DNA of 64,000 bases from Octopus vulgaris (Eukaryota), in assembly GCA_951406725.2 (NCBI GenBank), contig OX597824.1, positions 39,990,001-40,054,000 of the forward strand. The letters are read 5' to 3'. This document shows, in pieces, positions 38,458 through 51,752 of the stretch (position 1 is its first letter; each line of letters begins with the position of its first letter). Both the position numbers and the translations under genes were made by a program. Under the pieces are notes generated by a model. It did not search any database. It was not told the DNA's origin and worked only from the letters and a program-made list of their open reading frames with translations.

Positions 38458-40479
38458 TGAAAGCAAAACGAAGAAAGGTAGATGCTGAATGCCAAAATTT
38501 CCTAGAAACTTGATTACTTCTTCATTGAGCACAGTGGGAACCCGATTTGTCTCATGTCTAGAGAGCATTGCTGCGAATAAGTTAGCAAATATTAGGCAAC
38601 ATTACGAGATGCACCATTGTGAAAATTTTAGGACATTTACTGGACAAGCAAAGAAAGATGAAGTTGAGCGGTTGAAGTCTAGTTTTGGAAAACAACCGTC
38701 ATTTTTTAGAAACAGAAGAGACGAAAATGTGGCAAATACAATTGCCAGCTATTAAGTCTCAAAGCGCATTGTTGAAATGATGGAATCGTTTACAGATGGT
38801 GATTTTTTAAAGACTGCTTATTGGCAGTGTTGGCATATTGTTTGTCCAGAAAAAAAGTTTTTATTTGAAACTATCAGTCTGTCTCCGAGGACGGTCACTC
38901 GGCGGGCTGAAGAAATGTCAGCAGATATTAAAAATCAATTAATCAACACCTGTAGTGAATTACAATGTTTTTCAATTGCATTCGAAGAGAGTACAAGCTT
39001 AAGTGACACTGCACAACTTGCTGTCTTTGTGCGAGGAGTGACTTCGACTTTTCAGATCTTTCAAGAATTTATTCAGTTAATTCCTATGAAGGAAACCGTC
39101 ACCGGAGCAGACAACTTTGAAGCTTTGTTGAAAATCATGTTAGAAATGAAGTTTGATTTTCCATGCTAACTGGCATCACAACTGTTGCTGCCCCGGCGAT
39201 GGAAGGACAAAAACAAAAAGGGTATGTTGCACTACTGCAAGAACATATAGCAAGCCTTGGAATCACACATAAAAATGTTAAAATTCTTTGAATATCCATC
39301 CAAAGATATTGTGTGCCAAGTTTTTGAAATTTAAGAATGTTATGGATATTGTTGTGAAGGCCGTGAATCTGGTCCTATCTCGTGGATTAAATCATCGTCA
39401 ATTTCAACAGTTTTTGCTAGATACTGAGGCAGAATAAAATAACCTTGCTTATTTCTCCGATGTACACTGGCTTAGCCGAGGATCAATGCTAAAAAGAGTA
39501 TTTGCCTTACACAAAGAGGTGGCGACATTTCTCGAAAGCAAACATGTGGACAGTTCACATTTTCGATATCTTGATTGACTTATAACTTTGGCATTTATTG
39601 GAACTCATTTAAATAACTTAAATTTACAACTTCAAGGTAAAATTCAGCTCGTAAATGAAATGTATAACCATGTTGCCCTTGAACAAAAAGCTACAGTTGT
39701 GGGAACATCAACTTCGAAATAAAAACTATGCACATTTGGAGGAAGGAAACCGCAGGATTCAGAGGTATTTGTGAATATAATCCAGGATTTGAGAAATGAA
39801 TTTGCATCTCGTTTTGCTGACTTTCGTTTGCATGCAAATCAGTTTAAATTGTTTGTTGCACCATTTGATGTGGAGGTGGAGACAGTACCAGAATGCTTCC
39901 AAATGGAATTGATTGATATGCAGTGTGACGACTTACTGAGATCTAAATTTCATTCTAAAGATGTTTCGTTGATTCACTTCTATGCAAAATATATTTTTCT
40001 TAGTGGGAAATATACTAACTTAGTGAATCATGCAAGAAAAATGGAATCTTTTTCTGGAAGCACTTATCAGTTTGAGCAATTATTTTCCAAATTGAAGCAA
40101 ACTAAGAATAAATTGAGAACAAGATTAACTACTAATCATGATAATATCTTGTTCTTGGCATCAACAAGTTTCAAGGCTGATATTGAGAATCTTTCAAGGA
40201 ACAAAAAACAGTTTCCTATTAATTTTGTGGCTGCTATGTATTTTTAAGATTTTATAAACAAATGATTCCAACGATGTCGTAAATTGAATAAATGATGTTT
40301 TTACATTACCACATTCATCTGTGGCTAATACAAATTATTTTAAAGTAAAGCCAACACTCGTGATTAAACTTTAGCATGTGTAATTTTCCATAATTATTCT
40401 TTTATGGCTTTCGTCCGGTCCGCTATCCGTCATTAATATTCGATCCCACCTGTGAAGGCAAAGAAGTTGCTGACTCCTG
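38458..40479 (+). mobile_element. Decayed hAT transposon (Buster/SPIN/GTF2IRD2-like transposase pseudogene plus right TIR)
   Basis: MKAKRRKVDAEC, ISLSPRTVTRR, FSIAFEESTSLSDTAQLAVFVRG, DVHWLSRG, GSTYQFEQLFS; many stops and frameshifts; right TIR (revcomp CAGGAGTCAGCAAC) ends 40479, followed by CTTTACGC (nnnTAnnn); left TIR not found. Confidence 0.9.
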
Positions 40480-40524
40480 CTTTACGCTTTATTAATGCAT
40501 TACGATATGCATTTCTGAATCGAG

Positions 40525-40589
<65 letters not shown>

Positions 40590-40617
40590 ACACATACACA
40601 CATATATATATATATAT

Positions 40618-41035
40618 AGGTGCAGGAGTGGCTGTGTGGTAAGTAGCTTGCTTACCAGCCACATGGTTCCGGGTTCAGTCCCACTGCGTGGCACCTTGGG
40701 CAAGTGTCTTCTACTGTAGCCTCGGGCCGACCAAAGCCTTGTGAGTGGATTTGGTAGACGGAAACTGAAAGAAGCCTGTCGTATATATATGTATATATAT
40801 ATGTGTGTGTGTGTGTGTGTATGTATGTGTGTGTGTGTGTGTGTGTGTGTTGTGTATCTGTGTTTGTCCCCCCAACATCGCTCGACAACCGATGCTAGTG
40901 TGTTTAGTGGTTCGGCAAAAGAGGCCGATAGAATAAGTACTAGGCTTACAAAGAATAAGTCCTGGGGTCGATTTGCTCAACTAAAGACGGTGCTCCAGCA
41001 TGGCCGCAGTCAAATGACTGAAACAAGTAAAAGAG
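40618..41035 (+). mobile_element. Near full-length family-B CORE SINE
   Basis: High similarity to 14851-15260. Confidence 0.92.
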
Positions 41036-41057
41036 ATTATATACATACATACATACA

Positions 41058-41093
<36 letters not shown>

Positions 41094-41800
41094 TATATTA
41101 GAATCTTTGGAAACAGGTTGATACGAACTTTTTAGAAATAAGGTTGCGTATTGTGTGTAAGCGCTTTCGCAGATTAGTTTCTCAAACACACGTGTTATGA
41201 GTTAAACCGTATAGAGAAAGTTGCTTTTATTAGCGGTGTTAACTGTATCAAGAATTTTTTGCATAAATTTTTTAATTGAGAATTTCAGTAAACCTATCGT
41301 GTTGACGGTCCGTTTCCGTTTCTCAAATGCTGCGGCTTGTGCGATTCCATTCAAACTGGATTTGTATATCCATATCAAAGAGTTTTTTTCATATTGATGT
41401 GTGAAGATATAAGGGTTTTATTTTCATGGTTATTCGTCACGGTTGACATATGTGCCATCAGCAATTACGTTTTTTGCCGATGATTTTATTTCAGGCATTT
41501 AATGTTCAAAATCTGAACTAGCATCGAGTGTGAATTTCGTTTCAGCTAGTTCAAACGCCATTTTGAAACCATTTTAACTCTATTAGTCTCACAGTTTAAA
41601 AAATGATCTAGCAGCTAAAGGGGGGAAAATAAAAAAAAATAACTAACCTAAAGACGCCTTCTTCCTCGTCATTGGTTCTTCTTCTCCTTTACTTCACTTA
41701 ACTGCTTTTCCTAACTTCCGCCAACATTTAGTAACTTCTCCGAATAATCGTCACGATAGTCGTCATCGTCGTCGTTATCGATGTTATTATTATTATTATT

Positions 41801-41887
41801 CAGTGAGAGAGCAGTGCATGCCATCAAAGTGACACTGGGGTAAAATATACGAAGCCTAGTATACCCATCATGACTACCCGTCTGATA
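41801..41887 (-). mobile_element. 87-bp 3'-terminal copy of the 555-bp (TAA)n element
   Basis: Matches the first 87 nt (+) of 41967-42521; (TAT)n on both sides. Confidence 0.85.
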
Positions 41888-42635
<748 letters not shown>

Positions 42636-43022
42636 GTTGTTTTAAAGTAACATGTTTGTTTTATTTACTTTTAGCTTTTGTTATTTAATAAAACATCAAC
42701 CACATAAAATATATTTGTTATTTTCATTTTTATCTTTTACTGCAGTTTGTCGAGTCCAACAGAGTTGTTACGTGTGAGAGTTTATCCATATGGAGAGAAA
42801 ATAATTCATATATTGCACAGAAAGGTCTTATCAATTTTTGCTTTTCCTGAAATTCGCCATTTTATTTTTATTTTTCTCCTCTTCCCTTAAGTTCAAAAAT
42901 CGTCTTCGATTTATTCTTAATCTGGTTTGAAGCAATAACATTGCTGTTATTTTCGCTTTTACTGTTCACGGTGTTGAAGTTGTTATTGTTTGTACTGCTG
43001 ATTTTCTGTTAGCTATTTTTGC

Positions 43023-43132
<110 letters not shown>

Positions 43133-44027
43133 TCTGCGGTGTACGACGGACGTGTTTTCGAACGCTCTGAATATGTCCTCTCTATATATTCATTCTTTAC
43201 ACCCGTCTGGTACTGTTTTTTTTGTGTGGAATTTTCGTTACCTGTTACTGAGTTTTCTGTGTTTGTTTGGCCCTGCAACGGGTAATATTGGGCCCTCCAG
43301 AAAATCGCTCGTGTGGCGTTTAAAAGCAACGAATTCAGCAGAGAAAAATATTTCTTCCCACCACTCTTTTTTGTTTGCTTTTTTTTTTTTTGGTCGCTGC
43401 TCTTCTGTCCATTATTCTTTCTGTTGTTAACATTGTTGCTCATAGTTTTTCGTTCCTGCTACTACTGCTTTGCAATGACTATTACTGGTTGGCTTTGTTG
43501 TTTATTTGTTAATTTTTCTTGTTTTTAAATCCATTATTATTTCAATTATTGTTGCTGCTAATGTTGTTACAACTATTGTTGTTGTTGTTCTTATGGACAT
43601 CGTTGTCATCCTAGTCTTCCTCATCATCGTCGTCGCTGCCGCTGTTATTACTTTTCTTTCAACTACTGACTGTTTTTATCTAAAATTTAATTTTATTTCA
43701 GGTAATCTACACTATACTTCCATGTTGTCTTATATTTCTTGTCAATTTTTCGCAATATCATATCCTTAAATGTTTATATTATTGGTTCTCATAAAGTTAT
43801 TCTCAAAACATAGTTCCAACAGTAACACATGTTTTTGTTTAGGATGTTTTCATAAGCAAGCGCATTTAGGAAAATAAATTGGTTTTAAAGTATTTAATAA
43901 AACAACCTCTTAAATAACCGTAAAATTGTACACCGCACTTGTTCCAAGTATTGTATTTTGGTCGTGTTTAGTTGCTATTATAGCACTGGTGGTGACGGTA
44001 GTGAATCAAATTCTCAGTTAGGCCTAT

Positions 44028-44087
<60 letters not shown>

Positions 44088-44093
<6 letters not shown>

Positions 44094-44345
44094 ACTCCTG
44101 TCTCTGGCCACAGTCATCTGTGAAACCAGAGGTCTTCCAGTTCATTCTTTGATTCCAGCCAGCATTTTCCGTTTCCTTTTTTCTCATTTATCATTGACTT
44201 TTCTCTCAAAGATGTGGGTGTTAAGCTTCTGGGCCCTGATGAGATGCTCAAAATACTGCATCTTTCTCTTCCAAACAATTGCCAAAAGTTTTCTTTCTGA
44301 TCCCATTTCCTCAGTACGAATTCGCTTTTTCAGTGGTTACTCCAT
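44088..44345 (-). mobile_element. RTE-clade LINE C-terminal remnant
   Basis: RKLLAIVWKRKMQYFEHLIRAQKLNTHIFERKV...IKE*TGR..ARDRSRWR, running into (GA)n. Confidence 0.75.
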
Positions 44346-45189
44346 ATAATCCTCATTACTCTTCTGTTTCCTATTGTTTCAAATGCTTTGAGTTTAAAAG
44401 TGTCGCTTACTTTGGAGTAATACAGTGTACCTCATCTAAAAAGGAACAATATAAGTCAATTCTCTGGACGGTCTTCGTTGACATCCAACCAGCTTCTTGA
44501 TCTCTCATTTCCTCGATTTTTCATTTACTGAATCTTGGTAACATGTCCAAAATATTGACGCTTTCTTTCCCTGACAGTTGCAAAAACTTTTTCTTTCCCC
44601 ATTTTCTTTAATATTGAATCGTTTGTTCAATAGCCAGTTCAGTCAATCCTCACTACACTTCGATAGCATGTTGTTTCAAATTATTTGAATTTGGCAGCAT
44701 CGTTTGCTCTCGGGCTTTAGATTTGACATCGATTAAACCAAGTTAATGTCTTCAAGAGCTTTAATTTGATATTCTTGTTAAGAGTTCTGTCTTTCCAGAT
44801 TGTATTGAGTTATTTTTAGGGTTGATCTTGCTGCCTCAAGTCATGCACTTATTCCCTGGCCTCCGCCTCATGAGTGATCTATAATAACACTTTGTGACAT
44901 GTTCTAAAGTAACTCCAAGACATTTGATGTTAAATTGTTTTGGTGTTTTGTCACTGCCATGACTATGAATAAGTATTTTTGTTTAATTCCCTCTTTAAAA
45001 TTTTGTATGCTTCTATGGATTAATTTTTTTTGTAAATGTTATTCTCATTATACATACGTCATGTCTTGAAAAATATCTTGAAAAATACTTCTATTTTGAT
45101 GGAAAAAAATTCTTATAATCATCCAATCACAATATTACATGTACTATTTATGAACGTATATAAACAACATTTAACTAGTTTGTAAGTAT

Positions 45190-45605
45190 CATTATTATTT
45201 GAAGAAAACTCTCTACCTATTTTGCTGGGTGCAAAGGAAAGTGTCAGCCATCCACAGCTAGAAAACTACGGTGATACTTGTTTATTGTTCATGCTTCAAG
45301 AACCCCGCGGAGAACCTTTGCAGTTCCAAGCAATGATGATTTTTTAGGTGTCCTGTCTTTATATGTGTACCAATCTTTTTGAGCCATGTTAGTAGTTGAG
45401 TGATGATACTTGCAAGCGCGCAAATTACTATTGGTGTCACATCTATAATCTTCATTGCCCACAACCTGCATATTTCCCACTTCAAATCGTCATAGTTGTT
45501 CACTTATTATTTTTCTTTCTCTTTGATCCTGTTGTCACCGGGATATGCTATGTCGATTATCATGCAAATTTTTTCTTTACTGTTCACCACAACAATATTA
45601 AAGCA
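45190..45605 (-). mobile_element. Old R4/Dong-type RLE 3' fragment
   Basis: NIVVVNSKEKICMIIDIAYPGDNRI..YDDLKWEICRLW..TPIVICAL../KSSLLGTAKVLRGVL; short AATAAT tail. Confidence 0.8.
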
Positions 45606-46074
45606 ATTAAATCGTATTTTTTTCTTTAGCTTGGTTTAACCATTCTGATAAAGGTCATGCTGGAGCACCACCTTTTCGTGCATATGATTATTAGTATTTT
45701 ATCATAGACGTCAATATCAATTTACATATAACAGTACAATTTGTTCTGTTGTTTCATAGGAATTGTGACAGTTTCGCAGCAGCACTGCGTGCAAGTAACA
45801 AACATGACATTTTTTATAATTCCTTTCGTTTAAGTGACGTAAGCGTGTTTTGTTAAATATTTTAAAGAAGCAAATGGAGTTTAGAATATCCACTCATCTG
45901 GATTAATATCACATGAAGAATTCCTAGAATTCTTGTGGTTAAAGAATAATTTAAAAACGGTAAAAAACATGTTACAAAGAGAATATCCATTAGGACATGC
46001 AAACAGCTATTAGTTTCACTTTATTCCGAATGGTGTATCAAGACTTTTGCAACAATAATAGAATTAAATTAAGA

Positions 46075-46450
46075 AGAGGAAGAAAGAGGAAAAAAGAGAG
46101 AGAGAGAAGAAGAAGGAGAAGGACAAGAAGAGGAAGTAAGGAAAGAAATGAAGAAAGAAAAGACGAAGAAGAAGAAGAAGAAGAAGAAGAAGAAGAAGAA
46201 GAAAAAGAAGAAGATGATGATGATGATGTGGAGGAGGAGGAGGAGGAGGAGGAGGAGGATAAAAAGAAGAACAACAAAAGGAAAGATGAAAAAGGAAAAG
46301 ATGGAGAAAGAGGAGAATGAAGAAGAAGAAGAAGAAGAAGAAGAAGAAGAAGAAGAAGAAGAAGAAGAAGAAGAAGAAGAAGAAGAAGAAGAAGAAGGCT
46401 AAGTAAAAAACAGGAAAAGAAGAAGAATGAGAAGATGAGTGAGAAGAAGG
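46075..46450. repeat. Polypurine (GAA)n/(GAG)n/(GAT)n tract
   Basis: Direct reading. Confidence 0.9.
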
Positions 46451-46900
46451 AGAATTTACTGGAAGTCGAATTCTACAATTCTGTCCATGATTTAGAAAAC
46501 ATAAAGCGTGCAATACGAAACGAAATCTTCATTGAACGTTTTATAAAAAAAAAACTGCACTCATCGACTGCTTTCACTAAATGAATTGTTTACTTCACCG
46601 TTCTATGAGACATATTAAAAGGTGACTACGATATTAGCAAATTTTGATCATATTTTACATTGTAAGGTGATGAATTTGCTTAAAAATGCTTTATGAAAAT
46701 ATAACTGTGAGACGGTTATCAATATGTAGAAAGATAAGAGCCTTATAATATTGCTGTACACCAGAATTGGTAGGATTTTTATGAACTTACTTTACTTTGA
46801 GTCACGTAACTCTCGGAATTGCAAGACGGAATTAAAGATATCATGCCATCGTGATGGATTCTTCTAAATAGTAAAAATAAAATTTTAAACAATCCTGTTA

Positions 46901-47270
46901 CCGATATTACAACAACAAAGGTGGTGAGTTGAGAGAATCGTCACCGCGCCGACCAAATGCGTAGCGGCATTTCGTCCGTTTTCTGTATTCAAATTATGCC
47001 GAGGTCGACATTGCCTTTCATTCTTTCGAGGTCGCTAAAATAAGCACCAGTTGAGCACTGAGGTCGATGTAGTTGACTGACACCCCCACCCACGAAATTG
47101 TTGGCCTTGTGTCAAATTCGAAACCGATATTACAATAACAAAAAAGACGGTGAGCTGCCGTTACCATGTCAGACAAAATATCTAGCGGCATTATGTTCGT
47201 CTTTATGTTCTGAATTCAAATTCCGCCGAGCTGCCAAAATTTGAAACGATATTACTACAACAACAGAAGC
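46901..47270 (+). mobile_element. Two tandem family-A SINEs separated and bounded by CGATATTAC(A/T)A spacers
   Basis: Spacer at 46902, 47125 and 47247, and again at 47941 before another SINE head. Confidence 0.75.
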
Positions 47271-47337
47271 AGGAGAGAGCAGCAGCAGCAACAGAGTGAA
47301 GGCGCAATGACCCAGTGGGTGGATCTTCAAGTTACCA

Positions 47338-47665
47338 CAACCATAGGATGAATTTGATCAGATAAAATGCTTAAATAGTCTTGACTATTAATTCTGCCAT
47401 GAAGGGAAACCATTGGGCCGGCGGATTTCCAAAATATAGTCCTACTAGATGGTCAGAGGGCCTCTTCCATGTTTAACAGTTGGACGTAGGCAGTCTGGGT
47501 CAAGTGCTTCTTTTGGCTGTCTCCATACGTATAGTCGGCTAGTAGTCGAAAATAAGGTAAAGGATGACTCGTCTGAGAAAATAACATTTTCCCACTGCAC
47601 TAGGGACCAATTCTGTAGGTTTTTACTCCACTCTAAACGCTCCACGGTCAACAAAATTAAACACT
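47338..47665 (-). pseudogene. Tc1-type transposase fragment
   Basis: RLEWSKNLQNWS..WENVIFSDESSFTLF..VWRQPKE..PDCLRPTVKHG..HGRINSQDYLSILSDQIHPM. Confidence 0.88.
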
Positions 47666-48619
47666 AGTCAAGTACTCAGGTCGATGGTATCTTTTGCACA
47701 CCACTCAAAATTGCCGGTCTTGTCAAAAGCAAAAACCATTTTGAGATTGTCTCATTCGCAGTCATCGGTTTTCTTCTCAACACACAAGATCCAAAAAGAA
47801 AACTGTCAGCCATTATCTCAATCTAAAATTACCGATTTCTTATATTGGTACAAGGTCAAAATTTTTTCGGGTGGAGAACGATCCCAGTGTCTGACTCATG
47901 CTTAAAAGTATCTAACTCGTATTTAAAACAATCCTTGTATCGATATTACAATAACAACAGAAAAGGCGGTGAGTTGACGGAATTGTTAACACACCAGGCG
48001 AAATGCTTAGCCCAGAATGATACAAGACAAACTTGACCCTGGAGAGATTGGAAACCAGATCGTAATTACAAAACGAAATACCAGCGCTTCACCGAATCCG
48101 TACAACTACTCTCTGTCCCCCTCTCAGCTCATTTTTGTTTAAAACTAATAATATTTCGAACATTTGCGCTGGGAAATAATATCGTAGGAGTGGAACATAA
48201 TTGCCCGCAGCTCAATAACTACCCGCAATCGATCTAGGATAAGAAATATAGAGTGGGAGAATGAGACGGAAAGTAAGAGAGGACGAGAAATAGACAGTGA
48301 GAGAGAGACAGGGGGTTAATAATTACTGTTAGGACTTTTACTTTTCTGTCACTAATTTCAAAATGGCGGATTTACCTAGATATGCTATCTACAAATATTA
48401 ATTTCTCTGAAGAATTCCGGTAAATAACTCGTGAAACTGTCTCGTAAGACTTCTTTTAGAGCTTCTATTAATTAGCATAACATTTGCTAACATAAACTGA
48501 CAAAAGATAGGGGCCAGTGATTTCTTAGATTCCATAGAGTTGGCTTGATTAACGTTTGCTAAGTGTAATGGATTCTTGCTGCACAATTTCTTCAGAATGG
48601 GATTTCTTTCCGTTGTTGC

Positions 48620-48845
48620 TGCTCTTTTTCTTCTCCTTCTTCTTCTCCTTCTTTTTCTCTTTCTTCCTCTTCTTCTTATCTTCTTCTCCTTCTTCATCTT
48701 CCTCTTCTTCTTCCCCTCCTCCTACTTGTACATCATTTTCTTTTTCTTCTTTTCTACTTCATATTATTACCATTAGTTGCAGCAGTAGTAGTAATAGTAG
48801 CAGTAGTAGTAATTGTTGTTGTTGTTGTTGTTCTTCTTCTTCTTC

Positions 48846-48897
<52 letters not shown>

Positions 48898-48956
48898 CTT
48901 GCTTCTCCTCCTACTTCACTTTCTTTTCTATTTTTCATATTATTATCAATTGCAGC

Positions 48957-49049
<93 letters not shown>

Positions 49050-49380
49050 TGCTATTCTTCATGTTTTTGCTGTTACCGAATGTAGGATGGAATACAGGAA
49101 ATTGATTTAAATAATTTTTTTTTAATGACAACAATGAAAGCAGCGATGATTATGATAAAGAAGAGGAGGAAAATTAAGGAAATTATACCATGAAGCTGAA
49201 GAGTATAATAATGATGAAGAGGATAATTATCATAGCTATGGTAATGATAATAAAAGTGAGGACGATGATGAGGTTGATAATGATGATGATGATGATAGTA
49301 GTGATGATGATGATGACGATGATGATGACGATGATAATGATAATGGTGATGACGAATATAATAATGAGGATGGCTAATTA
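48620..49380. repeat. Compound trinucleotide region (TTC, TGT, TAT, AGC, AGT, GAT)
   Basis: Direct reading. Confidence 0.9.
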
Positions 49381-49429
49381 TGACAACGGTTGTGGTAACA
49401 TTTTTTTCTTTTTCATTGTAAAGATGATG

Positions 49430-49900
49430 GTGTGAAGGTGCGTGGCTTAGTGGCTAGGGTATTCGGCTCACGATCATAAGACAGTGAGTTCGGTTCCCGG
49501 CGCCACATTATGTCCATCAGCAAGACACTTTATTTCACGTTGTTCCAATACATTCAGTTGGCAAAAGTGAGTTGTTGGTATAATTCAAAAGGCCAGCCTT
49601 GTCGTATTCTGTGTCACGTTGAATCCCTCTGAAAACTACGTTAAGGGTACGGATGTCTATGGAGTACTCATTCACTTGTACAAATGATGGTGATTGTTGC
49701 AGTTCTTCTGGTGTATATATTCCTCCCTGAACGGGACGCTGGTCCGTTGCAAGGTTACTCATTTTTAGCAGCTGAGTGGACTGGAGCAACATGAAATGAA
49801 GTGTTTTGCTCAAGAACACAACGCATTGCTCGGTCCAGAAACGAAAACCACATTCTTACGAGTATGAGTCCAACACTCTGACGACTAAGCCATGCGCCTC
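49430..49900. mobile_element. Tail-to-tail SINEs: family E (+, 49430-49680) and family C-like (-, 49720-49900)
   Basis: Both have TGGCTTAGT-type tRNA heads and the CTCAGC/TTCAGT core. Confidence 0.75.
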
Positions 49901-50334
49901 TACCAAAAACAATCAGAATTAAATTCCGAGCTGAAGGGACACCCAGGATTGAAACGGGAACCTTTCGATCCGCAGTCGAACGCTCTCTCATAAAGTGACG
50001 TTTTGTTTCGACAAGGCTTTCAATAATGATTTTAATAAGGCTTTCTTCACTTTCGCTTCTCCCGGGATTTCAGGATAAAATCGGCTTTTTAACTGGAATC
50101 GCAGGAAATCCCAAGATGTAATTAAATTCTGTAGATATTTCAAAATAAAATAACCTGCATTAACTATCTGATGGTCAATGATTCAACATAAAACTCCAAA
50201 TCATTTAACAATGCATTTTGCTCTATGACCGGTTGGTTTAAATTAGCGTGGGCTATAGAAATATTTAATTTAAGAAATTTATTTATCTATCGCATATGTG
50301 AATATCAAAACTTTATTAGAATGAATGTTTCTAG

Positions 50335-50800
50335 ATATACAATAACAAGGGTGATCAAGAGTATTGATGATAGAAAAATATGTCAGATATATTATTTATT
50401 ATATTTGAAATTTAATGAACCCACGCAAAAATTTTTATTAAAACGAATATTTTTAAATATAAAATAACAAGGGTGTTCAACAGTATTGCTGATAGAAAAT
50501 CATGTATTTAACGAACACACGCGAAATTTTTTTTAAATGAATATATTTAAATATAAAATAATTAGGATGATCGATAGAATTTAAGACAAAAATATATATA
50601 TTTAAGGAATATTATTTATCTATTATATTTTAAATTTAATGAACACAATTACTGAAATGAATATTTATAAGATATAATAAGAATAATCAATAATGTTGGT
50701 GACAGAAATATATTTCTTTATTGCCCACAAGGGGCTAATTGGTGACAGAAATATATTATCTTAATATCCTTTCATTTTAGATTTAATGAACACAGAAATG
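50335..50800. repeat. Diverged AT-rich minisatellite, ~4 units of ~95-125 bp
   Basis: Recurring ATA.AATAACAAGGGTG.TCAA.AGTATTG.TGATAGAAAA and TTTAA.GAAC.CA motifs. Confidence 0.7.
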
Positions 50801-51584
50801 TTATAAGGTAATCGATGTTGCGTTATCTCAGTCAAAATCTTTCATAAGTAATGAAGCGTCCTGCTGCAGAAGATGGTCTTTCGGATTATGTAGATGTAAA
50901 TGTCTTCAGCAGTTTCAACGGTAGTTGCAACAGGCTGAGCGCAGAAATTATCACTATTCCTAAGTTCCAGAATATTCCATCATTTGAATACACAATGACT
51001 TTCAACTAATAACGGTTGATTAGTTAAGTGAAGATAAACTGAATCTTAATCCTGTATTTAGTATTGGAGATATGAGAATATAAGTGTTCTTTTAGAGGAA
51101 GCCAGAGATTCCTCTTATAGACACATTTTACCCCCGCGGACTTGGTCCTCGGTAAAAGTTTCGGAGAGTAATTTCAAATCATTTGAGTGCTACTGTTTTC
51201 TATATTGAGAATCCCTGGATCTCATCTATTGACTCTAAGTGTTCCTTTATGTTATTATACGGCAAATGAACAAGGTATTTTACATGTGTACAAAATAAAG
51301 GAAAACAACAATTGTTTTAAAAATAAAGACAAACAGTATGATATTATAAATCCAAGAAAATTATACTATCTCTATATGATATCAGATGATAATGTTAACA
51401 AGCCGGACAATATGCTAAGCGGCTTTTCATCTGGCGGGAAAAATGCATAGCTTCATTTCTTCCGACTGCACGTTGAGGTTCACCGAGGTTGAAATTGCCT
51501 TTCATCCTTCCGAGATCGATAATGAATCAATGTAATCGATGTACCCCACTACCACAAAATGTTAGGACTTGTGCCTATAGACGA

Positions 51585-51629
<45 letters not shown>

Positions 51630-51669
51630 CAGAAGCAGCAGTAGTAATAGTTGTTGTTGTTGTAGTAGT

Positions 51670-51752
<83 letters not shown>

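Noticed and set aside
45997-46513. Acidic/basic E/K/R-rich ORFs
   Set aside because: Pure GAA/GAG/GAT repeats with no non-repetitive domain.
48355-48400. YY1-like CAAAATGGCGG / ATG start (similar motifs at 41555 and 42853 reversed)
   Set aside because: ORFs stop within 12-20 codons and a short motif alone cannot support a promoter call.
50335-50800. Repeat-spacer (CRISPR-like) array
   Set aside because: Units are homologous along their length with no unique spacers; eukaryotic context and no cas genes.
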